DNA of 64,000 nucleotides from the NCBI GenBank assembly GCA_049718765.1, contig JBNARI010000002.1, positions 10,052-74,051 on the forward strand, written 5' to 3'. The DNA comes from Bacillota bacterium (GTDB lineage Bacteria; Bacillota; Sulfobacillia; DUMF01). The translations under genes were made by a program, and so were the position numbers. Shown one piece after another: positions 39,765 to 47,790 of the stretch. The stretch's first letter is position 1. Every line of letters starts with the position of its first letter. The notes beneath the pieces are model-generated. The model searched no databases and was not told the origin of the DNA. It was given only the letters and a program-made list of their open reading frames with translations.

Positions 39765-40491
39765 TCAGCCTGCCCTCCTCCCGCAGTACCAGCCGGATCT
39801 TCAAGAGTTCGTGCGCCATTTCAAGAGAGTGGTGCAGCAGCCTCACAGAGCTGCCGCCAGAATGCGCCCAGCTCACGGCTACCTCCACAACCCTGTAGCC
39901 GTTCAGGAGAGCGCGGGCCAAAACCTCTGCGTCAATTGCAAAGCCGTCCGAAACGCACTGGCCAAACAGGCGCCTGGCAGCTTCCCCGCGGAACAGCTTG
40001 AACCCGCACTGCGTGTCCAACAGTTTCACTCCAAGGAGGCTCCTCACCAGCATGTTGAAAGCACGCCCCGCAACCCTCCGGGCAAACGGCTGCTGCCGCG
40101 TGATCACCGCCCCAGGGGCCCGGCGGGAGCCGACTGCAACATCTGCGCCTGCAGACAGGTACCGCTCAAGGACGCTCACCCACTCCAGGGGCACCGGCAG
40201 GTCTGCGTCTGTGGCGAGCACCAGCTCCCCTGAAGAAGCCAGCACGCCCCGCCTCAAAGCTGCCCCTTTGCCCTGGTTTGCTGGATTCCTCAGCACGGTT
40301 ATTCTGCATGGCAACTGCACCCCAAGTGCAATCCTGGCCGTCCCGTCGGTGCTTCCGTCGTCTACCACGATCACCTCTGCGCTGCGCCCGCAGCTCCGCA
40401 ACCAGCTGCCAACCCGCTCAAGTGCCGCCCCGAGCCTGCGCTCTTCGTTGTACGCGGGGATCACCACCGACAGCACCCCCTTCACCTCCAT
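39667..40491 (-). CDS. Family 2 glycosyltransferase (polyprenyl-phosphate sugar transferase-like)
   Basis: 'LSVVIPAYNEERRL', 'VVDDGSTDGTA', and a DxD region 'ATDADL'. 274 aa. Confidence 0.8.
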   Translation of the reverse strand: MEVKGVLSVVIPAYNEERRLGAALERVGSWLRSCGRSAEVIVVDDGSTDGTARIALGVQLPCRITVLRNPANQGKGAALRRGVLASSGELVLATDADLPVPLEWVSVLERYLSAGADVAVGSRRAPGAVITRQQPFARRVAGRAFNMLVRSLLGVKLLDTQCGFKLFRGEAARRLFGQCVSDGFAIDAEVLARALLNGYRVVEVAVSWAHSGGSSVRLLHHSLEMAHELLKIRLVLREEGRLSGRSRSAALQPKAGGSGGTDLLAAADGAHLEK

Positions 40492-41898
40492 CTATCGCCG
40501 CCCAAACACCACTACCGCACCGTCACAGAAAACGGGCTCCCACGAGGGGCTGTCCAAAAGCCACGTCGCCGCAGGTACTCCGCGCGGTACCAGCACACAC
40601 TGCACGCCGTATTCCTCGAGCAAGCGCCTAGGGCTGTCCCGGAGCGTGAAAAAGCGGTATGCCCTCTCGAACAGGGGAGTCTGGAGATAGATGTCCGCCC
40701 GCCCGTCGATGAAAGGCGGCACCCCTGCCCAGATCAGGTAGCCGCCCCAATCGTAGTAGTTCAACACCCTGGACAGCCCGTGCTCCTTGATGTACTCGAC
40801 AGCTCTCACAGGAAAAGCCTCCTGGTTCACCGTCGGAGTAAACGCCACTGCGGTGACCAGCACTGCGGCCACGCATGCCGCCACAACCATAGTGCACCCC
40901 CTGCCAGGCCTGGCGCTTACAAGCTTCTCCGGCAGCACTGACGAAATGAGCCTGTACACCACCGGTGACGCACATACCACAAAGTACGGCGCATGCCTGA
41001 TGCTCTGCAGTGCCATGAGCCCGAACACGGCCCCCAGGAGTACCTCACGCGCAGGCGGCAACGCCTTCCTCAGCCCGGCACAGAACAGCACAAGCCACAT
41101 AGCCAGCAGCAGGCCTTCCGGCGACTTGAAGTCCGGAGAGTGCCACTCAACGATGGCTGACCTCATCAGGCCGCTGCTGCTGACCCAGAACGGGTAGTGC
41201 ACTATCGAGTAGCCCCACGAGTTTGCACCGCAGGCCAGCAGGTCCAACGCCAGCACCATCATCAAACGCTTCGCGGCAGCCCTGTCGGAGCGTGCAGCCA
41301 GTTCCCAGGCCAAGAAGTACGCGGCCAAGACAATCCCAAGGACAAAGGAACCGTGCGAGTTTACCCACAGCACCTGGAGTGCGGGCAGAACCCACAGAGT
41401 CCGCTCGCAGTAAGTTTCGAGTAAAACCAGACAAACGGCAAACAAGAGGTAGCTCAACACCTGCGGCCTTGCTGAGCCCAGGTAAGGAACAAGCGCCGGC
41501 ACGACCAGCAGTGCGAGGCACTCGAACGCCGTTTTTTCCCTGGCGCCGCCCGGCCGGCACAGGCTGTGCAGTGCCCACAAGAGCCCCGACATCCCCAGCA
41601 AGACCACCGCTGGCACCACCCGCCACCCGAGCACGGCATACACTGCGTACAGAAACACCTGCCACAGCCACTCGTGATCCGTCCAGGGCGTACCTCTCAC
41701 CGTCCAGGAAAAAGGGTCCGCACGCGGCACCGCCCTTGCCGCCCAGATGTATTCGCCTGTCTTAATGTGCCAGAAAATGTCGTTGTCCCAGACCCCTCCC
41801 TGCCTGCTGCAGGCCACATACAGCGAAGCAGCGCACACAGCGCACAACATGAATACGGGATCAGCGACCACTCTTTTGACCCTGCTGTCGAAACGCAT
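40492..41898 (-). CDS. Polytopic membrane protein, putative GT-C-type glycosyltransferase
   Basis: 468 aa, at least 10 TM helices and a periplasmic-loop-like N-terminal region. Immediately upstream of, and coupled to, the GT2 gene. Confidence 0.4.
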   Translation of the reverse strand: MRFDSRVKRVVADPVFMLCAVCAASLYVACSRQGGVWDNDIFWHIKTGEYIWAARAVPRADPFSWTVRGTPWTDHEWLWQVFLYAVYAVLGWRVVPAVVLLGMSGLLWALHSLCRPGGAREKTAFECLALLVVPALVPYLGSARPQVLSYLLFAVCLVLLETYCERTLWVLPALQVLWVNSHGSFVLGIVLAAYFLAWELAARSDRAAAKRLMMVLALDLLACGANSWGYSIVHYPFWVSSSGLMRSAIVEWHSPDFKSPEGLLLAMWLVLFCAGLRKALPPAREVLLGAVFGLMALQSIRHAPYFVVCASPVVYRLISSVLPEKLVSARPGRGCTMVVAACVAAVLVTAVAFTPTVNQEAFPVRAVEYIKEHGLSRVLNYYDWGGYLIWAGVPPFIDGRADIYLQTPLFERAYRFFTLRDSPRRLLEEYGVQCVLVPRGVPAATWLLDSPSWEPVFCDGAVVVFGRR

Positions 41899-41924
41899 CG
41901 CCCCCCTCCAGAACCCTGAAATCG

Positions 41925-42413
41925 TTACTGCTCCAGCCGGAAAGTCGCAGCTGAAGAAAGAGCCAGCCTTCCAGAAGCATCGCCCAGCCTGCTCCCACGC
42001 AGCACGGTAAGAAGTCCAGGCACGTACACTGGCTGGTGGTATGTGACTGTCACGGTAACGTACCCACCGGAAACCTCGACGGATACGTCCCTGTTGGGGT
42101 CGAAGCTCTGCCAGAACTCCGCATCGGACACCGGCAGGGCCGCCCGCAGCAGGGATCGCGCTCGATCTACTGCGTCCGACACGCTCTTGTTCACGGCGTA
42201 GTCTCTCGCCGCTTCACGCGCAGCTGTGGCAGTGGCTATCTTGGTGTTCACCGCAATCCCAAAGGTCATCACTCCAAACAGCAGCACAAGCACAATCGGC
42301 AGGACCAGTGCCAATTCCACCATCGCTTGCCCCCGCTGGCTTCCGCCCCTCCATCGCCACACTTTCAGCACACACCTCCCAGCAGTGCCAGCACGGCGCC
42401 GGCTGTGAGCCAC
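41925..42413 (-). CDS. TadE/TadG-like pseudopilin
   Basis: 'RGQAMVELALVLPIVLVLLFGVMTFG' N-terminal TadE signature. Confidence 0.55.
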   Translation of the reverse strand: MAHSRRRAGTAGRCVLKVWRWRGGSQRGQAMVELALVLPIVLVLLFGVMTFGIAVNTKIATATAAREAARDYAVNKSVSDAVDRARSLLRAALPVSDAEFWQSFDPNRDVSVEVSGGYVTVTVTYHQPVYVPGLLTVLRGSRLGDASGRLALSSAATFRLEQ

Positions 42414-42862
42414 GGTGCGTGCGGGATCGCCCCGTACGACGGCAGGCGCACGTCAGCACCCAGAAGCCTCAGCACGGACCACCGCGCCACCGCAGCCAGA
42501 CACTCCGCCAGCCTGCCGCGCCTGGCAAGAACGACCAACGAGACTGCGCCCTCTATCAGTGCCGTATAGAGCACGCAGCGCAGGATGAACTGCGTGCCCC
42601 CTATGGCACCAAAAGCCGCGGTCATCTTAACGTCGCCTCCGCCGTAGCCCCCCAGAAGCGCTACCGCGAGCGACAGACCAAAGCCGAGCGCGAGGCCCCC
42701 GAGGCCGTCCAAAAACCCCGGCCACCCCTTCGAGAGTCCATTGAGCAGCAGCCCCGCCGCCAAAGCCGGCAACGTCACCCTGTCGTATATCAGCCCAAAC
42801 CTCAGGTCCGTGTACGAACAGACCGTCCCGACCACTCCAAGGCACACGAGCTTTGCAAGCAC
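42365..42862 (-). CDS. cpaA: Prepilin peptidase CpaA/TadV (A24 family)
   Basis: 165 aa, multi-TM, with a catalytic Asp region 'GGGDVKM'. Confidence 0.7.
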   Translation of the reverse strand: MLAKLVCLGVVGTVCSYTDLRFGLIYDRVTLPALAAGLLLNGLSKGWPGFLDGLGGLALGFGLSLAVALLGGYGGGDVKMTAAFGAIGGTQFILRCVLYTALIEGAVSLVVLARRGRLAECLAAVARWSVLRLLGADVRLPSYGAIPHAPWLTAGAVLALLGGVC

Positions 42863-42925
42863 GACCCCTCCCTCCCAAGAAAAAGTAGCCCCCGGCTGCG
42901 TGGTCGGGGGCTACGAAGTGCGGGC

Positions 42926-43090
42926 TTATGGGCCAAAGCCGTTGAGCACGTTCTGCAGCTTTGCAGTGAGGTTTGTGCCGAGAGCCTGCAGCACTGCAAC
43001 AGCAACCAGGGCAATTAGCATCAGCACGAACGTGTACTCAACAAGCCCCTGGCCCGCCTGGCTTCTCAAAGTATGCACAACACCTCCCAT
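42926..43090 (-). CDS. flp: Flp-family type IVb pilin (second copy; not in the supplied ORF track)
   Basis: 54-aa ORF 'MGGVVHTLRSQAGQGLVEYTFVLMLIALVAVAVLQALGTNLTAKLQNVLNGFGP'. Flp processing motif G/QGLVEY followed by a hydrophobic helix. ATG at 43090, TAA at 42926-42928. Paralogous to the adjacent pilin. Confidence 0.65.
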   Translation of the reverse strand: MGGVVHTLRSQAGQGLVEYTFVLMLIALVAVAVLQALGTNLTAKLQNVLNGFGP

Positions 43091-43105
43091 GCGGTCCACA
43101 CATCC

Positions 43106-43270
43106 TCACTGCAGCGCGTTGGACACGTTGGTGAGCTTCTGCACTATCTTCTGGCCGACTCCCGTGAGTACGGATATGGCCACTACCGCGATCAAGGCCA
43201 GAATGAGCGCGTACTCCGTCAGGCTCTGGCCCTCCTGACCCCTCAGCAACCTCTTCACCATCCGCAGCAT
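43106..43270 (-). CDS. flp: Flp-family type IVb pilin
   Basis: 'MLRMVKRLLRGQEGQSLTEYALILALIAVVAISVLTGVGQKIVQKLTNVSNALQ', with G/QSLTEY motif. Start chosen at the ATG at 43270 with RBS AAGGAGGG 8 nt upstream. Confidence 0.7.
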   Translation of the reverse strand: MLRMVKRLLRGQEGQSLTEYALILALIAVVAISVLTGVGQKIVQKLTNVSNALQ

Positions 43271-43296
43271 TACCAATTCCCTCCTTTGGCAGAGTT

Positions 43297-44184
43297 TCAA
43301 AAGCCGAGGTCCCGCAGCATGTTCATAAGAGCAGGCCCCATCATGATCACCAGCATCGGCACAAAGATCAGGAAAATCACCGGGAACAGCATCTTCACAG
43401 TTGCCTTCTGCACCACCTCCTGCGCCCTGTTCCGGCGCTTGTTTCTCATCTCCGCCGCGAACGACCGCAGCACCTTCGCGACCGGTGTCCCGTGTTCTTC
43501 CGCCTGCACCAGCGCCGTCACAAGCTCGCTCAGCTCCTGCACGCCGTTGCGCTCGCTCACCTCCTTCAGCGCTTCCTTGCGGGGTCTACCCAGCCCTGTT
43601 TCCCTGAAAGCACGCCCAAATTCAGATGCCAGCAGGGACGACTGGTAGGACGCCACCCTTTCAACCGCCTGCTGCAGTGACAGTCCCGCCTCGCACGCGA
43701 CTGCGAGCATGTCTGTGAAGTTCAGGAGCTCCTTCTCGATCTGTGCCTTCCGGCGCCTCGCCTTCTCGTTCAGCCAGACGTCCGGTGCGACGAACCCCAG
43801 CATGGCAAAAAGCGCTCCTATTACCACAGCCCTGGCCCCGGAGCCCACCATCCCGAGCAGGCTGAACACGCCGAACATGACGGCCCCGAACGCGATCTTT
43901 GCCGCGAAGAACTCCTCAGGAGTGTACTGCCCCGACATGCCCGCGTGTGCCAGCCTCTGCTTCAGCTCCTCCTCGGCCTGAACGGCCAGAAACCTGCGCG
44001 CAACCCGTACCAGAAACCGGGGCCGCTTTGTGTCCTTCAACTCGGATACTGCTGCCCGCACTCCCTCTTGGGCGCCGATCACCTCCCCGAGGCGGCCCCA
44101 CGCGGCTTCGGAACGCACTTGCCTCCACACCAGAAGCATGAGCACTGCACCGAACGCCAGAAACCCAACCCAAAGCAGCTCCAC
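43297..44184 (-). CDS. tadC: TadC-like (GspF-domain) pilus assembly membrane protein
   Basis: 295 aa. A GspF-like domain ('AGLSLQQAVERVASY...') is flanked by TM helices. Confidence 0.65.
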   Translation of the reverse strand: MELLWVGFLAFGAVLMLLVWRQVRSEAAWGRLGEVIGAQEGVRAAVSELKDTKRPRFLVRVARRFLAVQAEEELKQRLAHAGMSGQYTPEEFFAAKIAFGAVMFGVFSLLGMVGSGARAVVIGALFAMLGFVAPDVWLNEKARRRKAQIEKELLNFTDMLAVACEAGLSLQQAVERVASYQSSLLASEFGRAFRETGLGRPRKEALKEVSERNGVQELSELVTALVQAEEHGTPVAKVLRSFAAEMRNKRRNRAQEVVQKATVKMLFPVIFLIFVPMLVIMMGPALMNMLRDLGF

Positions 44185-44190
44185 TCTTCT

Positions 44191-44484
44191 TTACACCTCC
44201 TGCTGGGCCGCCCAGCCCTTACCGTCCACCCACACCCACACTTCGCGCGAGGTGCAGGGCGGGCACGGCACACGGCTCAAATTCCTCTTCCCCTCCTCCA
44301 GTGCGGGATGCACACCCCCGCGCTTTACCCGCTTCACCTGGATCAGCCGCACGCAACTCCTGCCCACCGCGACAACATCAAACGGCGAATGACTGCCCGC
44401 AGTCCTCGCGACAGTATATCCTTCCGCTTCGAGCAGCCTCACCGCCTTCAGTTCCCCGAGATACCCGCGCCGGTAATTCACCAT
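44191..44484 (-). CDS. Hjc-type (archaeal-type) Holliday junction resolvase-like PD-(D/E)xK nuclease
   Basis: 'YRRGYLGELKAVRLLEAEGYTVARTAGS...FDVVAV...RLIQVK' parallels the Hjc 'YRKG.. [21 protein letters not shown]...DLVA...IEVK' core. Confidence 0.55.
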   Translation of the reverse strand: MVNYRRGYLGELKAVRLLEAEGYTVARTAGSHSPFDVVAVGRSCVRLIQVKRVKRGGVHPALEEGKRNLSRVPCPPCTSREVWVWVDGKGWAAQQEV

Positions 44485-44762
44485 TTCTTCTCAGCCGCCA
44501 GCGCCGCAGCTTCTTTTTGCCCCACAAACCTTGCCACAAGCTCGTGCATGGCGGGCGGATGGCAGACCACGCAGAGCATGGCCCCGTACCGTGACACCCA
44601 CCAGTTCGACCCGCCACACACCCTGCACGTCCCCTGCGGCGTCAGCGACATCGGCAGTACAACGTCCACTTGATCCACGGTGCGGGATTCCAGCGGCTCC
44701 GCCTGGCAGGAAGAAAACCGGTCTGCGGCCCAGGCCTGCCTCACACTGTGCGTGCGCTTCAA
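44478..44762 (-). CDS. Small Cys-rich hypothetical protein (zinc ribbon-like)
   Basis: 'CRVCGGSNWWVSRYGAMLCVVCHPP' has a CxxC...CxxC pattern. Confidence 0.3.
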   Translation of the reverse strand: MKRTHSVRQAWAADRFSSCQAEPLESRTVDQVDVVLPMSLTPQGTCRVCGGSNWWVSRYGAMLCVVCHPPAMHELVARFVGQKEAAALAAEKKW

Positions 44763-44859
44763 TCACAACACCCTCCCCTTGAACCCTCCAACTCTTCTGC
44801 GTCCTCTACTGGTTGAGAAGACTGAGTGGGGGCAGAACCGCCCCCCCCTCGATCAGCCT

Positions 44860-45249
44860 TCAGATCGCCTCGAGCAGGTTGCGGACTGCTTGCTTCAGCT
44901 CGGCGCGCAGCTGCTCCGCGGACACAGGGTCGCCAAGCTCCCCGACACCTCTCGCGGTGTCTGCACCGCCCCGCAGGAACCCACATGCCATCCTTGTGAA
45001 ACGGCGGTTCGCCATTTTGAGCACTTCGATGTTGCCGAGGTAGTACATCCCGCCCTCGGCATACACCCTGTGGCCCAGGTGCCGCAGGCTCTTCGCGAGC
45101 CTCTGCACCTTGATCCTATTCTCAAGAGAGTCTGTCCCAAAGATTTCCTGTGCTATCTGGGCCGTCGGCACCCCTGCAGGATGAGCCTTCTCCAGTATGT
45201 CAAGCATCCGCTCGGCATCCGTGCCCCTTCCGTCCTTCAGCCGTTTCAC
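44860..45249 (-). CDS. Hypothetical protein
   Basis: 129-aa ORF with globular composition. No family recognised. Confidence 0.3.
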   Translation of the reverse strand: MKRLKDGRGTDAERMLDILEKAHPAGVPTAQIAQEIFGTDSLENRIKVQRLAKSLRHLGHRVYAEGGMYYLGNIEVLKMANRRFTRMACGFLRGGADTARGVGELGDPVSAEQLRAELKQAVRNLLEAI

Positions 45250-46766
45250 CTCTCATCACCCCCTTTATCAGGCCCACCTTTTACGAGCTGCAGGAACGGC
45301 TTCTTCGGTTCCAGCAATTCCCACGTCTTTACGATCCAGCTCCCGGCAGCGTCCAGGGCCGCCTTGAAGCTGTTGTAGGTGAGGGCGTCCTCGACAACTT
45401 CTGCCAGCTGTTCGATGTCGTCCCCCGGAGTGCCGCGCACCCGCGCCGCAGCCCTGAGCCGGTCCGCGTGCTTGGTCCCGATCTCCGTGAGCGCCGCCAC
45501 CAGCATGACCGCGCCGTCAGTCGCCTTCTCCAACAGCGCCCGGAACGCAGTGTGCTCTTTGGACCACTGGGGCGGCTTGGGCCGCAACTTCTCCTTCTCC
45601 AGCTCCCTGCTCGCCTGGTCGAGCATCCGCTGGAGCTGGCTCGCCTGCTCCTCCAGCATCTTGACTCTTGCTTCCTTCTGCGCCTTCTCTTCAGCCAGGG
45701 CCAGGAGCCGCGACTGCAGCAGCTCCTTGTCCCTCAGCAGCTCCGCAGCCTGCTTCCTCGCAGCCTCCAGCTCCGCTTCGACAGCGGGATCCGTCCTGTA
45801 CACGACCTTCTCCACCACTTTCTCGAATGGCCTCTGCTCGAGCTCCTTCAGCCTCACCCGGAGCTGTTCCACCTCTTCGGTCCGCTGCCTGAGCTTGGCC
45901 TGGAGGTCGCAAAGCGCTTCCTGGAGCCTCTCCTCATACTCCCGGCCCACCTTTTCCGCGACTTCCGCCTCCAGCGAGGACAGCGCGTCCCGCAGCCCGG
46001 CAAGCTCCCGGCAGAGGGAGTCCCTTTCTTCCTCGAGCCTCGCCAGCTGCTCAGACAGGGCTTCCTTCTCTGCCCGCGCAGACTCGAGCTCCCGCCTCAG
46101 CTCCTGCGCCTGCTTCACAGAAAGCCCGCAGACGCCGGACTCGCCCAACACTTCCAGCAGCCGCCTCTGCTCCTCGGGCGGCAGGAAGGCCAGGGAGTAG
46201 GCTGCGGTCTGGGAGAGCTTCCCCTGGGAGACAAGTTGCTGGAGCTCGGGGATGAGGTCGTTGAGCTTGAGGAGACGCAGAGTAGTCCTGTAGTCCTCCC
46301 CAATGGCCTCAGCTACATCGGCAAGGGTCTTGACCTGACGGACAAAATGTCCTTCAGGTGTGCCAGGTTTTGCTAAGCTACCTTCCCGCACTCCCCAGTA
46401 CCGCTTCAGAAACTCCGCCCTCTTCGCCTTCTTCATCGGGTCCCGGCAGAAGCGCCTCTCCTCGTTGTCCGCGATCAGCAGGTACTCCAGGTACTCCTCG
46501 TCGCCCTCGACGATCACCACGGGCACCTTCTCCAATCCCAGCTCCTTCGCAATTTCCAGCCGCACATGGCCCGCGATCACCCTGTAGTCCGGCGTGACCT
46601 TCAGCGGGTCCCGGATACCTTCAGCCGCAATGCTCCGCTTCAGCGCCTCCCTCTCTTCCGCAGTCGGCGGCGAAAAGTACTCCGTGTTTTTCGGATGCGG
46701 CTTCAGAAGCGAAACGGGCACCTCGTTGTACACAAACCAGCACCTCCCTATCAAGCCCGCTTGCAA
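45246..46766 (-). CDS. ParB/Srx-like nuclease-domain protein with long C-terminal coiled coil
   Basis: N-terminal ParB-like box ('KVTPDYRVIAGHVRLEIAKELGLEKVPVVIV') plus an HTH region, then about 250 aa of heptad-rich Glu/Leu/Arg/Ala coiled coil. Confidence 0.6.
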   Translation of the reverse strand: MQAGLIGRCWFVYNEVPVSLLKPHPKNTEYFSPPTAEEREALKRSIAAEGIRDPLKVTPDYRVIAGHVRLEIAKELGLEKVPVVIVEGDEEYLEYLLIADNEERRFCRDPMKKAKRAEFLKRYWGVREGSLAKPGTPEGHFVRQVKTLADVAEAIGEDYRTTLRLLKLNDLIPELQQLVSQGKLSQTAAYSLAFLPPEEQRRLLEVLGESGVCGLSVKQAQELRRELESARAEKEALSEQLARLEEERDSLCRELAGLRDALSSLEAEVAEKVGREYEERLQEALCDLQAKLRQRTEEVEQLRVRLKELEQRPFEKVVEKVVYRTDPAVEAELEAARKQAAELLRDKELLQSRLLALAEEKAQKEARVKMLEEQASQLQRMLDQASRELEKEKLRPKPPQWSKEHTAFRALLEKATDGAVMLVAALTEIGTKHADRLRAAARVRGTPGDDIEQLAEVVEDALTYNSFKAALDAAGSWIVKTWELLEPKKPFLQLVKGGPDKGGDER

Positions 46767-46878
46767 ACGCGGACAGTTGCTGCAGTAGCCATGCCGCCGC
46801 AGGGGTTCAAAAACGTCATCAGCCCGCAGCGCGACCGCGGGCTGAACCTGCCTGCTTCAACCTGCAAAACTTATCTGC

Positions 46879-47790
46879 CTAGTCGGCCAGAGCCTGTACC
46901 ATCCTCCTCATCACCCACCAGCCCAGGGCGATCGTCACGTAGCACCCGGCCAGCATGGCCCTGCCCGTTGCCGTCTGGGTCATCGGTCTGAAGTAGGCCG
47001 GGTTCTGGGCGTACAGGAAAAGCGTTACCACGATCGGAGCCGCAGACACGACTGCTGCAGACAGCCTCGCCTGGCTCGTGTGCGCGAGCAGTGCCCGCTT
47101 CAACGCCCTCCGTTCGGACACCATCTGCCCGATCAGGTCGTACACTTCCGCAATGTTTCCGCCCGTCCGGGACAGGACCTGGGTCGCCACAATGAACACG
47201 TCCACCTCGGGGCACTCGATGCGCTTCTTCAACTCCAGCACCGCGTCCTCGGGGGGCAGGCCGAACCTCATTGCCTGCACCACGCGGGCAAACTCTTCCG
47301 TTACAGGAGCGGGCGCGTCCGCGGCGGCCCTCTCCAGAGCCTGCCCCAGGCTCGCCCCCGCCCGCAGTGACGAGCTGAGCACGGAAAGCGCAGCGTCGAA
47401 CCGGGCCGCAAAAGCCTCCGCCCTCCGCTTTTTCAACGCGCGCACGTAGTACCGGGGCAGCACCGCACCGGCCACAAGGCCGGCCGCCGCAAACCACACG
47501 CTCCCGGTCACGGCCAGGAGTGCCGTGAACCCGGCCGCGCTCCCCAGCACCGCCACCAGCAGCAGCGTCCGCGCCGTGACCGAAAGCCCTGCCTTCGCTG
47601 CTTCTTCCTCCAGGCGCGAAAGCCAGGGTACTTTCTCTGCCCGGGTACCGGCTCCAAGCCCTGCTTCAGCCACCACGTCTTTCTCGGGCTCACCCCTGAT
47701 CACCTTCTCAACTGCAGGTGGCTGCTTCCTCCTCAGAGAAAGCACAAAAAACAGCACAGAGGCAAACGTGAACAGCGCTGCGCCGCTCAT
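46879..47790 (-). CDS. tadB: TadB-like (GspF-domain) pilus assembly membrane protein
   Basis: Start set at the ATG at 47790 (ATGA overlap with the cpaF stop). The 137 upstream codons of the track ORF are a Gly/Arg read-through. TM-GspF-TM architecture. Confidence 0.6.
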   Translation of the reverse strand: MSGAALFTFASVLFFVLSLRRKQPPAVEKVIRGEPEKDVVAEAGLGAGTRAEKVPWLSRLEEEAAKAGLSVTARTLLLVAVLGSAAGFTALLAVTGSVWFAAAGLVAGAVLPRYYVRALKKRRAEAFAARFDAALSVLSSSLRAGASLGQALERAAADAPAPVTEEFARVVQAMRFGLPPEDAVLELKKRIECPEVDVFIVATQVLSRTGGNIAEVYDLIGQMVSERRALKRALLAHTSQARLSAAVVSAAPIVVTLFLYAQNPAYFRPMTQTATGRAMLAGCYVTIALGWWVMRRMVQALAD

